DNA of 64,000 bases from Opitutaceae bacterium (GCA_051252375.1 JBPOFY010000012.1:10675-74674), one strand, 5' to 3'. Positions 35,530 through 45,490 are shown, counted from the stretch's first letter. Translations and numbers: made by a program. Notes: generated by a model from the sequence alone, not told the origin.

Positions 35530-35546
35530 AGAGCTAATACGAAACT

Positions 35547-36488
35547 ATGACAGCGATTTTTCATAAATTTTCAACGGCCTTGCTTGTATGCTTGATGTGT
35601 GCGTCCAGCGTATGTGCACAAGTTGAGACGAGCGCAGTAGCCGCGAAATCGGTCGATTTAGCAGCTGCGCCTTCTCAAATGTCTTTGTTGGACGATGACT
35701 GGGAACTGCAGATCGGTGATCGTTTGATATACGAAGTGCTAGAAGAGCGCGCTGAAGAGCCCCTTTTGCTTTCTATTAACGGAAATGGGGAACTGCTTTT
35801 ACCGTTGGTCGGCTCGTTTCCTGCGGAAGGTAAAACCAGTAAAGAGCTGGCACATGAAATTAAAGTGAAGCTAGAGCAGGAGTTTTTTCATCGCGCGACC
35901 GTTGTGATCATGCAGCGAGAAGAAGACCGCAATCGCGGTCGAGTGACTGTGATCGGCGAAGTGAAGCGTCAAGGAGAACAGTTGATACCTGTCGATTCGC
36001 CACTCACGCTGAGCCAAGCAATTATGCAGAGCGGTGGATTTACCCTCTATGCAGACCAAGGGAAAGTCAGCGTGGTGGGCGCCGGTCAGGATGAAGCGCG
36101 TATCGAAATCGATATAGGGACGATGCTTTCGCAAGGAAATCTTTCGCAAGACCCAGTCTTGCTGTCTGGAGATTCGGTTATAGTGCCTCGCGCAGACCAA
36201 GCCAACAGTCAGGTATATGTCCTCGGTGCAGTGAATTCTCCTGGATTATATTCAATTCTGGGCAGTAAGTTTACACTGAGCCAAGTAATTCTCATGGCCG
36301 ATGGGTTTACCCGCTTTGCAAGAAAGACGAAGGTTCGCTTAATTACTACCGACGAGTCTGGCGAGAAAAAGGAAATCGAAGTCAATGTTGGTAAGATTCT
36401 TGATGGTGGTGACCGAGCCGAAGACCCTGTGATTAAACCAGGTGATATGGTGATAGTGGAAGAGAAGATGATCAGCTTTAGTGGCTAG
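35547..36488 (+). CDS. Polysaccharide export protein (Wza-like, Poly_export + SLBB domains)
   Basis: IGDRLIYEV..., LPLVGSFPAEGKTSKELAHEIKVKL, VTVIGEVKRQG, VYVLGAVNSPGLY. Confidence 0.85.
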   Translation: MTAIFHKFSTALLVCLMCASSVCAQVETSAVAAKSVDLAAAPSQMSLLDDDWELQIGDRLIYEVLEERAEEPLLLSINGNGELLLPLVGSFPAEGKTSKELAHEIKVKLEQEFFHRATVVIMQREEDRNRGRVTVIGEVKRQGEQLIPVDSPLTLSQAIMQSGGFTLYADQGKVSVVGAGQDEARIEIDIGTMLSQGNLSQDPVLLSGDSVIVPRADQANSQVYVLGAVNSPGLYSILGSKFTLSQVILMADGFTRFARKTKVRLITTDESGEKKEIEVNVGKILDGGDRAEDPVIKPGDMVIVEEKMISFSG

Positions 36489-36526
36489 GCAGTGCTTGGG
36501 GCTGGTAGCAAGAATACGGAATTAAT

Positions 36527-38689
36527 ATGGACGACTTATTTCAAGAAGGGGGACAATCAAAGGTGACTGACTATACCGAGTTAGCGCATAAGATACTCTA
36601 TCGAACTAAGATTGTGCTGAAGCGCTATTGGTGGATTATTCCCACTGCGATTGCTGCAGGGATTGCGCTAAAGTCGATCCAAGCGTTTCTGCAAGATCCC
36701 AGTTACGTCTCAAAGTCTCAAATGATCGTAAGTGGTCGGATCGCTTTACCTGAGAACGATGTCTATGCTGAAGAGCGTGATAATTTCGAAGGCACTCAAA
36801 TTGAATTAATGGAGAGTCGGCAAGTTTCCGCACGTGCCGTCGAACGTCTAAAAATCACACACCCAGAATTACATGCGGCTATGACCGCTACAGAGGCTTA
36901 TGCGAGCATCGGCATAGCGAGTCTATCTATCGCTGCCGAAGTGAAACGCGACACTTCGATCTTTCGTCTCGAAGCAACTGCTCCTCATCAGGAATATGCA
37001 CGAGTGTATTTGGATGCAGTGATGGATGAGTATATAAATCGTCGCACTGAGATGCGCTCGAAGACTTCAGAAAAGACCTATGACGCTATCACCAGGCAAT
37101 TAGCAGATTTGGTAAAAGAAATTGATAGCGGTGAAGATGCGATTGTTCATTTTCAAGAGCAGAACAATATCGTGTTCATCCAGGAGCAAGGTTCATCCGC
37201 TGGAGCGTATCTTTCGGAATTAAAGCGTCGTTTAGCAGAGTTAAACACTGAGAGCCGCACTTTGGCTTCATTGGGTAGTAATGCGGATTCAGTCGATGAA
37301 GATTTGCTCGCTGAGCATATACAAGGTACGGCGACGGCATCTACAGCAGACGTCGATGTGGTTGGGACGGCTGAAGATAATGAGAAGTTCTTATTTAGTA
37401 AGAATCAGTTGGAACTGTTGGAAGCAGATTTAGAGGAGTTCTCGATCTATTTGAAGCCGAAGCACCCTAAAATTATCAATTTGAAGAATCAAATCGAACG
37501 GACCGAGAATCAATTAAAGATACAGCGGCGTCAGGCGATGGAGCGTATTCGCGAGCGTGCTGTAGTCCTCGAGAGTAAAATCAAGAATTTGAATCAAGAA
37601 ATTGAGATTTGGGAGCAAAGTGCGTTGGAAAATGGAACGCTGATTGCCGAGTTCGAGCGCTTACAATCACGCTTAGCTCGTTCCAAAGCTGCCTATGAGC
37701 GTAATCAAGATGCCTTGCGTGCGATCGATACCGACAAGAACTTAAGCCAAGAAACAGTATCTGTTTTGGAAGATGCATTACTCGCAAAGCCTGCGGGTAA
37801 GCGTATGCTGGTTCGTTTTGCTCAAGGCGGTGCATACGGATTAATTCTAGCCTGTGGTATTCTTTTTCTACTGGGGTCTTTAGACAATCGCATCCTGACC
37901 GCGAGTGAGCTGAGTGCCACATTTAGTGAGCCGCTGATTGGGGCCATCCCATTTGAGAAAATGAAGCCGGGCGAAGAGGCCTCTGTGCTCTTGCGCAAGA
38001 ATGATGACCGCTATGTCTTTGCGGAGGCGTGTCGCAATATGCGCACCTCAGTCTTCTTCCTTGGCGACAATGAAGTGAAACCAAGTGTCTTTGCGATCAC
38101 TAGTGCGATCCCGTCTGAGGGTAAGTCCACCGTTTCAGCCAATCTTGCTGTAGCCTTGTCCTTTTCTCATTCGAAGGTGCTTTTGATTGATGCGGATTTA
38201 CGTCGCGGTCGCCTGCATCACCTATTTAAGGCAAGACGCGATAAAGGGCTCTCTGACATTCTCGAAGGTAAGATGTCGTTGGATGAGGCGATTCAAAACA
38301 CTAGTTATGATCACCTCGATTTTATTTCGATTGGTCATTATCCGGATCATCCTGGTGAACTACTACTGAGTGATCGGATCGATACGATTATCGCGGAAGC
38401 TCGCGAACGGTATGATTTCGTTATTTTCGACACGGCCCCGATACTAGCGACCGATGATACCACCAGTTTTGCTGGCAAGATGGATTCTGTGCTTTTTACC
38501 ATTCGGTGTGCACACACACAGGTGCGTCAGGTAAAGCCAGCAATGGCGCGCTTGCGGGAACGGCAAATCAATATTACTGGTTTGATTCTCAATTATGTCG
38601 ATGTCTCCCAACCTGGTTATTATTATTACCGCTATTCTGAGTATTACACGGATCCTAAGCGTAACGAAGAGAGCGCGACGAGTGCTTAG
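36527..38689 (+). CDS. Polysaccharide co-polymerase / tyrosine autokinase (Wzc/GumC-like)
   Basis: Two TM helices flanking a long coiled-coil, Walker A ITSAIPSEGKSTVSANLA, FDTAPILATDD, C-terminal Tyr cluster PGYYYYRYSEYY. Confidence 0.85.
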   Translation: MDDLFQEGGQSKVTDYTELAHKILYRTKIVLKRYWWIIPTAIAAGIALKSIQAFLQDPSYVSKSQMIVSGRIALPENDVYAEERDNFEGTQIELMESRQVSARAVERLKITHPELHAAMTATEAYASIGIASLSIAAEVKRDTSIFRLEATAPHQEYARVYLDAVMDEYINRRTEMRSKTSEKTYDAITRQLADLVKEIDSGEDAIVHFQEQNNIVFIQEQGSSAGAYLSELKRRLAELNTESRTLASLGSNADSVDEDLLAEHIQGTATASTADVDVVGTAEDNEKFLFSKNQLELLEADLEEFSIYLKPKHPKIINLKNQIERTENQLKIQRRQAMERIRERAVVLESKIKNLNQEIEIWEQSALENGTLIAEFERLQSRLARSKAAYERNQDALRAIDTDKNLSQETVSVLEDALLAKPAGKRMLVRFAQGGAYGLILACGILFLLGSLDNRILTASELSATFSEPLIGAIPFEKMKPGEEASVLLRKNDDRYVFAEACRNMRTSVFFLGDNEVKPSVFAITSAIPSEGKSTVSANLAVALSFSHSKVLLIDADLRRGRLHHLFKARRDKGLSDILEGKMSLDEAIQNTSYDHLDFISIGHYPDHPGELLLSDRIDTIIAEARERYDFVIFDTAPILATDDTTSFAGKMDSVLFTIRCAHTQVRQVKPAMARLRERQINITGLILNYVDVSQPGYYYYRYSEYYTDPKRNEESATSA

Positions 38690-38713
38690 CGCCTAAGTAC
38701 AAGTATCGTTATT

Positions 38714-41239
38714 ATGAATTTTGGCTTTGGTAAGCGTCGTCGTCGGACATCTAGTTCAAGCAGCAGTCGCAAGCGCTCGAAGAGTTCTTCGAGGAAATCG
38801 AAGTCCAGCGGCAGAGTTAGCCGTTCGAGCTCGAAGAGCTCATCGATTACGGCCACACCATTGCCTTCTCGGGCGGCTGTGCGTTTCCCTGAGCCTAAGT
38901 TTGGTGCAGTAGTATGGTATGGTTACCTGTTTGGGCTGCTGGGAGTGTGTTTGTTGATTTTATTGGGTGGTAGTCATCATCCATTTACACTTGGTTTTGC
39001 GTTAATACTGCCTGCCGTGACTTTACTCATCAGTCCGCCCAAGGTAAGTCTTGGCAAGTGGATTGATATCGGCGTGGTTGGCTTGTTGGGCAGTATGCTG
39101 TTGGCTTTTGTGCCTCAGTTTTACTGGCCGAAAATGGATTGGCGACGAGTAGCAGAAGTCGATATGGGTATTGATTTGCCCTCGGTATTGAGTGTGCAGC
39201 CGCTTTTGAGCATGGAGGCTTGGTTTATGGCTTTGGCTGGCTTTGCTTGGTTTTATGCGGCCTCGAATTGGCGGATCAATGCACCGGGGCGGAAGCATTT
39301 TCACGTTGCATTGTCCTTGGTGAGTCTCGGATTTGCCGCTGTGGTGATTTGGGGGAATTTTTACGGCATCCGATACCCGGGGGCGGAAGACTCTCAGGTC
39401 TTTAGTTTTTTCCCAAACCGCAATCAAACCGCTAATTTTTTAGCGCTAGCAGGTGTGGTGAGTTTTGCATTTTCAATCGAGGGCTTGAAGGTACGTAAGC
39501 TGATTTACTTGGTAGGCGTGTTGGCTAGTGTGACCTGCTTAGCGGCTTTGACTTTATGCGCCTGCCGAGCGGGTGTATTGCTTTATTTCTTTGGTATAGG
39601 ACTTTGGTTTATCTGCCGCCTTCGTGCGCGCTCGATTCCTTCTATATTTAAGATTGGTTTTCCGCTGTTACTGCTCGCATTCAGTTTTGTCATTTCGAGT
39701 AACAATAAAGCTGTTGAACGGATTGTGGAATTTGTGAGTGCGCCCATGGCTTGGGGTGATGAGTCGCGTGCGGCTATTTTCAATGATGCGTTTGATATGA
39801 TCAGCGAGGCGCCTGTTGCCGGAGTTGGACTGGGGAATTTCTCGGCGGTTTTTCCTCAGTATCGGGACGATTCTCGGAGTTTTCAGGTAGCGTTACACCC
39901 TGAGAGCGATCTGTTGTGGTTTTTAGCCGAAGTTGGCTTTCTTGGTTTGGCGTTTTTGATAGTTTTCGTTTGGGGCTTTCGGGTGAGTATACGCGATTTC
40001 ACCCTTGGTAGAGGGGGGCCGTATCGAGTGATTGCGATGATCGCGGTGGTGATCTTTGTTTTACATAGTTTGGTGGACGTGCCTGCTCACCGCCCAGGCA
40101 CCGTGTATTTTGCGATATTATTTGCTGCTTTGGCGATGCCACGAATCGAGGAGCAGAAGCCGACTATGCGGCCGATTTATTGGCGTTTGATTGGGCTATG
40201 CCTAGCGCTGGTCGGTTGCTTGTGGATGCTGTCTGGGGTCACAGGAGCGCCATTTCATTCAAAAACGGCGGTTCCTGTGCATGAAAGAAGAGCTGCTGAC
40301 GAAAGTGGAACCGGAGATTATGCAGCAGCGATTCAAAGTATTGAGAAGGTTTTAAAATGGAGACCGATGGATTGGCGTGGGTATTTCCAGCGGGCGCAGT
40401 TGACACTCTCGTTGAGTGGGCATCGCGGCGACGCTGCAGCCGATTTTCGCCGCGCACGCTATCTTGAGCCGGTTTTAGGTGACTTGAGTCTACGTGAAGG
40501 TTATGTGTGGCTGCCTTATGATGTCGGTCGAGCCGTATCCGCTTGGCATAAAACCTTGTTCCGAGAATTGGAGGACAAGGATAAGGCTTATCAGTTAATG
40601 TTGGAGGCGGGACGAAAGGATCCAAAGCTGATGGAGGCGATGATCATAATGTCTAAGGTTGATCATCACTATAGAACGATGATGTTGTGTTCGTTGTCTG
40701 AGCCGTTGTTGATGCCTGAGATATATGCGGATTTAGAAGATAATCCGTCCTTAGGGCAGTTTGATCTAAAGCAACGTACGCGTATTCTATCACGTTGGAT
40801 CAGGAAGGGTGATGTCGATGCGGCAGAAGCTTATTTAGATACTCACGGCAAAGGTTTTAAAGATGCTTGGTTGCTTTGGTCTTTATTGCGTAAAGAACAG
40901 GCCAAATTTCCTGAAGCGGTGGCATATATTCGAGAAAATGTCGATGCGGCTAAAATACCTTTCGTTAAGGTGGATGATCGATCCTTGGCACGTCTGTCAC
41001 GAGAGTTCGCGGTCATGCCTGAGGATATTGTTAAGGGGACAGCGTTACTACGTGCCTATATTGAGCAAGGCGAGTTGATGAAGGCGCTGACGGTGACCGA
41101 TGCCATCTTGAAGACACGCAATCCGCCTGCTTACGTGTATTATTGGCGTGCAGAGATCTTTTATCTAATGAATGATTTGATAGAGAGTTGGTATGCTTAT
41201 AATGATTACCTACGTCTGGTTCGTGATGATATAGAATGA
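38714..41239 (+). CDS. O-antigen ligase (Wzy_C)-like polytopic membrane protein with a Ser/Arg-rich N-terminus and a TPR-like C-terminal region
   Basis: About 10 hydrophobic helices, Wzy_C-like loop (GVGLGNFSAVFPQYR...HPESDLLWFLAEVG) and a soluble helical C-terminal ~300 aa. Confidence 0.7.
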   Translation: MNFGFGKRRRRTSSSSSSRKRSKSSSRKSKSSGRVSRSSSKSSSITATPLPSRAAVRFPEPKFGAVVWYGYLFGLLGVCLLILLGGSHHPFTLGFALILPAVTLLISPPKVSLGKWIDIGVVGLLGSMLLAFVPQFYWPKMDWRRVAEVDMGIDLPSVLSVQPLLSMEAWFMALAGFAWFYAASNWRINAPGRKHFHVALSLVSLGFAAVVIWGNFYGIRYPGAEDSQVFSFFPNRNQTANFLALAGVVSFAFSIEGLKVRKLIYLVGVLASVTCLAALTLCACRAGVLLYFFGIGLWFICRLRARSIPSIFKIGFPLLLLAFSFVISSNNKAVERIVEFVSAPMAWGDESRAAIFNDAFDMISEAPVAGVGLGNFSAVFPQYRDDSRSFQVALHPESDLLWFLAEVGFLGLAFLIVFVWGFRVSIRDFTLGRGGPYRVIAMIAVVIFVLHSLVDVPAHRPGTVYFAILFAALAMPRIEEQKPTMRPIYWRLIGLCLALVGCLWMLSGVTGAPFHSKTAVPVHERRAADESGTGDYAAAIQSIEKVLKWRPMDWRGYFQRAQLTLSLSGHRGDAAADFRRARYLEPVLGDLSLREGYVWLPYDVGRAVSAWHKTLFRELEDKDKAYQLMLEAGRKDPKLMEAMIIMSKVDHHYRTMMLCSLSEPLLMPEIYADLEDNPSLGQFDLKQRTRILSRWIRKGDVDAAEAYLDTHGKGFKDAWLLWSLLRKEQAKFPEAVAYIRENVDAAKIPFVKVDDRSLARLSREFAVMPEDIVKGTALLRAYIEQGELMKALTVTDAILKTRNPPAYVYYWRAEIFYLMNDLIESWYAYNDYLRLVRDDIE

Positions 41240-41240
41240 C

Positions 41241-41810
41241 ATGAAAATTTTAATAGCCGAAGATGATCGAATTTCGCGTAAGTTGTTGGCGACGACACTC
41301 AAGCAATTTGGGCACGAGGTCGCCATATTTGAGAATGGCACGGACGCATGGGAAGCCTTTGACGCGGCACCAGTCCGGGTGATCGTCAGTGACTGGTTGA
41401 TGCCGGGCATGGATGGCTTGGACTTTTGTCGCAAGGTGCGTACGCGTAAATCTACGGAGTATACTTACTTTATTTTGCTTACGGCGAACGTGCAGGGCAA
41501 AGACACCTACATGGAGGCGATGAATGCCGGGATTGACGACTTTCTAGCAAAGCCGCTGGATCGTGATCAGATTTGGATGCGCCTTAAAGTGGCCGAACGT
41601 ATCTTACATTATGCCACTGCTATCAAGCAGTTGGAAAGCATGCTCCCGATTTGCTCATATTGTAAAAAAGTGCGCGATGATAATAACTACTGGCAGCAGG
41701 TAGAGACATACATTTCGAACCACACCGGGACCAGCTTTAGCCATAGTATCTGCCCGACTTGCTATACTAAGCAGGTGAAGCCGGAAATGGATGGTCTGCG
41801 CAAAGGTTAA
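41241..41810 (+). CDS. Response regulator (REC) with a C-terminal CxxC...CxxC module
   Basis: MKILIAEDD..., DWLMPGMDG and KP are REC signatures. The C-terminus is PICSYCKKVRDDNNYWQQVETYISNHTGTSFSHSICPTCY. Its start lies 1 nt after the upstream stop. Confidence 0.85.
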   Translation: MKILIAEDDRISRKLLATTLKQFGHEVAIFENGTDAWEAFDAAPVRVIVSDWLMPGMDGLDFCRKVRTRKSTEYTYFILLTANVQGKDTYMEAMNAGIDDFLAKPLDRDQIWMRLKVAERILHYATAIKQLESMLPICSYCKKVRDDNNYWQQVETYISNHTGTSFSHSICPTCYTKQVKPEMDGLRKG

Positions 41811-41818
41811 TGCCCCAA

Positions 41819-42121
41819 TTATCGGCTTAACATTGCGATCGCGTTGAGACTTTCGTAAACCAGCCAGCAGAGCCCCGATAGCATCGCTACAGCAAAGAGA
41901 AATTGAAGCCCTCGCCTGCGTTTATTCGGTAGGTCGAAGCGGTCAAAGGTTCTGCCCCGAACTGAAGTTTGATTCAGGTAACTGCCCAATGTGATGCGAT
42001 TGTTGCCGACAATGCCACCCGCCTTGGGGAGCTTGAAGGAACCGGCTCTTTGTGCGCGTTGATAGCGCCATTTGTAGAAAAGCTTTAGCATGGAATCGAG
42101 AGACTTCGATGTTTGAATCAA
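41819..42121 (-). CDS. Hypothetical small membrane protein
   Basis: 100-aa ORF with one C-terminal hydrophobic helix. No homology recognised; may be spurious. Confidence 0.3.
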   Translation of the reverse strand: MIQTSKSLDSMLKLFYKWRYQRAQRAGSFKLPKAGGIVGNNRITLGSYLNQTSVRGRTFDRFDLPNKRRRGLQFLFAVAMLSGLCWLVYESLNAIAMLSR

Positions 42122-42199
42122 GACTAAGAGTTGTCAAAACCGCGAAGGTCTCACAGATTCATTCCATCTATTTCATTTTTCAATTCTAATTCACTAATT

Positions 42200-42976
42200 G
42201 TGAGAATAACTACACAAACAATTTCCCGGTTAAAAGGTGAGCGTCCAATTGTCGCTGTCACTGCCTACGATGCTGTCATGGCTGGCTATGCGGATGCAGC
42301 AGGGGTCGACCTTATCCTAGTCGGTGACTCGGTCGGCACGACGCAGTTGGGCTACGACAGCACGGTGCCTGTGACGCTGGACATGATGGTGCATCACACC
42401 GCAGCAGTGGCGCGGGCTAAGCCCAAAGCCTTAGTCGTGGCTGATATTCCTTTTGCGATCGCTCACGATGATTTTTCGGCGCTATTGAGTGCCTGTCGTC
42501 GCCTTATGCAAGAGGCTGGGGCGGAGGCGGTTAAAATTGAGGGAGATGCTTCGATGGCACCTACCATTGCGCGCCTAACCAAAGCGGGGATTCCCGTGTG
42601 GGGGCACATTGGGCTCCTGCCGCAGAATTTCCATCAGCTCGGCGGTTATCGCAAGTTTGGGCGTAACCAAGCAGAGAAGTCGTCCTTGTTGGCTGATGCA
42701 CTGGCCTTCCAGGAGGCAAATTGCTTTGCGGTCTTGTGTGAGATGGTGAATCCAAAAGTAACTGCGGCGATTACCGAGGAGCTGAAAGTGCCTTTAATTG
42801 GGATCGGCAGCGGAGTTGACTGTGATGGGCAAATTCTGGTCAGTAATGACATGCTTGGTTTAAACAGTGGTTACATCCCGTCCTTTGTGAAGCAATACGC
42901 CAAACTCGGAGATCAGGCACGCAAGGCGTTTGCTGCTTACGCCGACGATGTGCGCAACCGAAAGTTCCCATCATGA
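42200..42976 (+). CDS. panB: 3-methyl-2-oxobutanoate hydroxymethyltransferase
   Basis: [42 protein letters not shown]. The in-frame GTG at 42200 gives a family-typical length; the track start is TTG 42131. Confidence 0.85.
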   Translation: MRITTQTISRLKGERPIVAVTAYDAVMAGYADAAGVDLILVGDSVGTTQLGYDSTVPVTLDMMVHHTAAVARAKPKALVVADIPFAIAHDDFSALLSACRRLMQEAGAEAVKIEGDASMAPTIARLTKAGIPVWGHIGLLPQNFHQLGGYRKFGRNQAEKSSLLADALAFQEANCFAVLCEMVNPKVTAAITEELKVPLIGIGSGVDCDGQILVSNDMLGLNSGYIPSFVKQYAKLGDQARKAFAAYADDVRNRKFPS

Positions 42977-43971
42977 ACTGTTGTATTCTTGGAGCCGGTG
43001 CCTGGGGCACTGCCATGGCCCTTCATTTAGACCGCTGCGGTCATTCTGTCACATTGGTCCCTCGACGTATGGAGCATGCGCTCGCGATTGCCTCCTCGCG
43101 CGAGAATGTCGATTATCTGCCCGGTTATAAGCTGCCGCATCGCATTCAAGTCGGTTGCGAAGTTGCACCGGTGCTGATGGAAGCCGAGGTCGTGTTTCTC
43201 GCCTGTCCGTCGAAGGCATTGCGAGCGCTCTGCGAGAGCTTGCGCGAAGGTGTGGCCCAGGCATGGCAATTGAAGTTATTTGTCATCATGTGCAAAGGGC
43301 TTGAATTGGAGACTTTCAAAACACCGGCTGAGATTGTGAATGAGATATTTCCTGAGGTCGCATGCGGCGTTTTGTCCGGCCCGACTTTCGCAGGTGAGGT
43401 CGCTGCAGGTAAGCCTACAGCTGCCGCGTTGGCGGTGGATGCAGGATTTGCGGAAGCCGAGCGCTATCAACAGGCGATTAGCAGTGCGTCATTTCGCGCA
43501 TATTTATCACGCGACGTGCGAGGCACTGAACTCGGTGGCACATTAAAAAATATCTACGCGATCGCTTCCGGTCTTTGTGACGGATTACAGCTTGGGGATA
43601 ACGCGAAGGCAGCCTTATTGACCCGTAGCATGAATGAAATGATTCGCTTGGGTGAACTATTGGGAGGTCAGTCCGAGACGTTTTACGGCCTAAGTGGCTT
43701 TGGTGATCTGGTGGCGACTTGTTCGGGTAGTTGGAGCCGTAACCGCACCTTTGGTGAGCGGGTAGGCAAAGGGGAAGCACCCGCCGAAGTGGTCGCGAAC
43801 CAGAAGAGTGTAGTGGAAGGCTATCGAGCGACTGAGTGCATGAAACGGCTTTGCGAAGAAAAAGCTGTGGATGCTCCGATTCTATCGCAAATCTATGCGA
43901 TTCTCTATGAAAGCAAAGTGCCACTAGAGGCTTTGCAGTCGCTTATGAGCCGCGACCTGCGAAGTGAGTGA
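42973..43971 (+). CDS. gpsA: NAD(P)H-dependent glycerol-3-phosphate dehydrogenase
   Basis: [42 protein letters not shown]. It overlaps the panB stop by 4 nt. Confidence 0.9.
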   Translation: MNCCILGAGAWGTAMALHLDRCGHSVTLVPRRMEHALAIASSRENVDYLPGYKLPHRIQVGCEVAPVLMEAEVVFLACPSKALRALCESLREGVAQAWQLKLFVIMCKGLELETFKTPAEIVNEIFPEVACGVLSGPTFAGEVAAGKPTAAALAVDAGFAEAERYQQAISSASFRAYLSRDVRGTELGGTLKNIYAIASGLCDGLQLGDNAKAALLTRSMNEMIRLGELLGGQSETFYGLSGFGDLVATCSGSWSRNRTFGERVGKGEAPAEVVANQKSVVEGYRATECMKRLCEEKAVDAPILSQIYAILYESKVPLEALQSLMSRDLRSE

Positions 43972-43989
43972 TTTTTTTAACTAAACATT

Positions 43990-44832
43990 ATGTCTGACCT
44001 TCTAAAAGTATCTGATCTCCGTATCGCGTTTCATTCACGCGGTGAGTCGAATGAAGTCGTTAAAGGCATTAACTTTTCAATTGCTGAAGGCGGCAAAACC
44101 GTGGCGATACTTGGTGAAAGTGGCAGTGGCAAGAGTGTGACCTGCCTATCGTTGACTCGACTGTTGCCCGAGCCACCGACTTGCACGGTTGAAGGGAAGA
44201 TCGAATTTGAAGGGAAGGACATTCTTTCGATGGATGCCAAAGCCATACGTGGAGTCCGCGGTAATGGCATTGCTTATGTCTTTCAAGAGGCCTCGGCTTC
44301 TTTGAACCCAGTTTTCACAGTTGGGTATCAAATAGCTGAAGCTGTGCGCTTGCATCGCCCGGATATCGAAGATGTGAAGGGACGTGTGGTTGAGTTGCTT
44401 GAGCTGGTCGGTATTCGCGATGCGGCAAAGCGTTATAAAGCATATCCGCATGAGATGAGTGGCGGCATGCAGCAACGCGTCATGATTGCCATGGCACTGG
44501 CCTGTGAGCCCAAGCTTCTCGTTGCAGACGAGCCAACTACCGCCCTCGACGTCACGATCCAAGCACAGATCATGGATCTGCTCCGCGATTTACGCGAACG
44601 CCTTGGTATGAGTATCGCACTGATCACTCATAATTTTGGCATTGTTAAAGGTTTCGCCGATGAAGTCATTGTCATGTATCGCGGAGAAATCGTCGAGCAA
44701 GGTCCGGTTGAGGAGGTTTTGAATAATCCTCAGCACCCCTATACGAAAGCACTCATCGCCTGTATTCCAAAGTTGGGTGTGAAACAGCGCCGCTTGACTA
44801 CGATCGAGAAAGAAATGGCTGCGGTGGAATGA
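43990..44832 (+). CDS. ABC transporter ATP-binding protein (DppD/OppD-like), with no permease gene adjacent
   Basis: GESGSGKS, MSGGMQQRVMIA, LLVADEPTTALD, ITHNFG. Confidence 0.85.
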   Translation: MSDLLKVSDLRIAFHSRGESNEVVKGINFSIAEGGKTVAILGESGSGKSVTCLSLTRLLPEPPTCTVEGKIEFEGKDILSMDAKAIRGVRGNGIAYVFQEASASLNPVFTVGYQIAEAVRLHRPDIEDVKGRVVELLELVGIRDAAKRYKAYPHEMSGGMQQRVMIAMALACEPKLLVADEPTTALDVTIQAQIMDLLRDLRERLGMSIALITHNFGIVKGFADEVIVMYRGEIVEQGPVEEVLNNPQHPYTKALIACIPKLGVKQRRLTTIEKEMAAVE

Positions 44833-44837
44833 ATTGA

Positions 44838-44866
44838 TCTCACAAAGGCACTAAGACACAAAGATG
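44838..44866. repeat. Left inverted repeat bracketing the GxxExxY gene
   Basis: TCTCACAAAGGCACTAAGACACAAAGATG. It is the reverse complement (28/29) of 45256-45284 and its last 3 nt are the gene's ATG. Confidence 0.8.
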
Positions 44867-45244
44867 GATGAGAATGAAATAGGCCGGATTCTTGTGGATG
44901 CGGCTATTTATATACATCGTAGCCTAGGACCCGGGCTGATGGAGTCTGTATATGAAGCGGTTTTGGCGCGTGAATTGACAAAACGCGGACTCGATATCGA
45001 GCGGCAGGTTCAAGTCCCTATAAAATTTGATGGGGAATTGTATGAAGAAGGTTTTCGGGCGGACTTAATCATTAATAAAAAAGTTATTGTTGAATTGAAG
45101 TCTGTGGAAAAAGTGAATGCATCACATAAAAAACAGACGCTCACTTATCTACGATTAACTGGGATGAAGCTTGGGTTTCTGCTCAATTTCGGTGAAGCCC
45201 TAATGAAAGACGGAATTACACGGACGATTAATGGTCAGCTCTAA
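44864..45244 (+). CDS. GxxExxY protein (PD-(D/E)XK nuclease-fold family)
   Basis: GPGLMESVYEAVL (GxxExxY), ...ADLIINKKVIVELKSVEKV... and TYLRLTGMKLGFLLNFG are typical of this family. Confidence 0.85.
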   Translation: MDENEIGRILVDAAIYIHRSLGPGLMESVYEAVLARELTKRGLDIERQVQVPIKFDGELYEEGFRADLIINKKVIVELKSVEKVNASHKKQTLTYLRLTGMKLGFLLNFGEALMKDGITRTINGQL

Positions 45245-45255
45245 CAGTTACCCCG

Positions 45256-45284
45256 ATCTTAGTGTCTTAGTGCCTTTGTGAGAA
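45256..45284. repeat. Right inverted repeat bracketing the GxxExxY gene
   Basis: GATCTTAGTGTCTTAGTGCCTTTGTGAGA, starting 12 nt after the stop codon. Confidence 0.8.
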
Positions 45285-45299
45285 CCCCTCCCGTCCTCA

Positions 45300-45488
45300 T
45301 CACCTAAACTTCTTTTGTTCGGGCATGTAGTCGTAACCACCCGTTGCGAGGTGTGCGACGAGACCGTCTTGTTCTACGTCGTGCGTGCGGCAAAGATCTT
45401 CGAGGGAGTCGCTGTGGTTGCGTAGCTCCGTATTGACGAGTCCGACGAGTAGGTGCGGATCCATTGTAGCGTATTGACTCCAGTCCAT
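45300..45488 (-). CDS. DUF4250-like small protein
   Basis: MDPHLLVGLVNTELRNHSDSLEDLCRTHDV...GYDYMPEQKKFR matches my recollection of the DUF4250 pattern. Confidence 0.65.
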   Translation of the reverse strand: MDWSQYATMDPHLLVGLVNTELRNHSDSLEDLCRTHDVEQDGLVAHLATGGYDYMPEQKKFR

Positions 45489-45490
45489 AG

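Noticed and set aside
42131-42199. TTG-initiated 23-aa N-terminal extension of panB
   Set aside because: The extension ([23 protein letters not shown]) has no PanB similarity. The in-frame GTG at 42200 gives a family-typical length.
43478-43924. 148-aa minus-strand ORF (and similar ones such as 18431..18916 and 13491..13883)
   Set aside because: These are antisense or alternative-frame ORFs inside well-supported genes (gpsA, the PSD-family gene, the symporter) and have no motifs.
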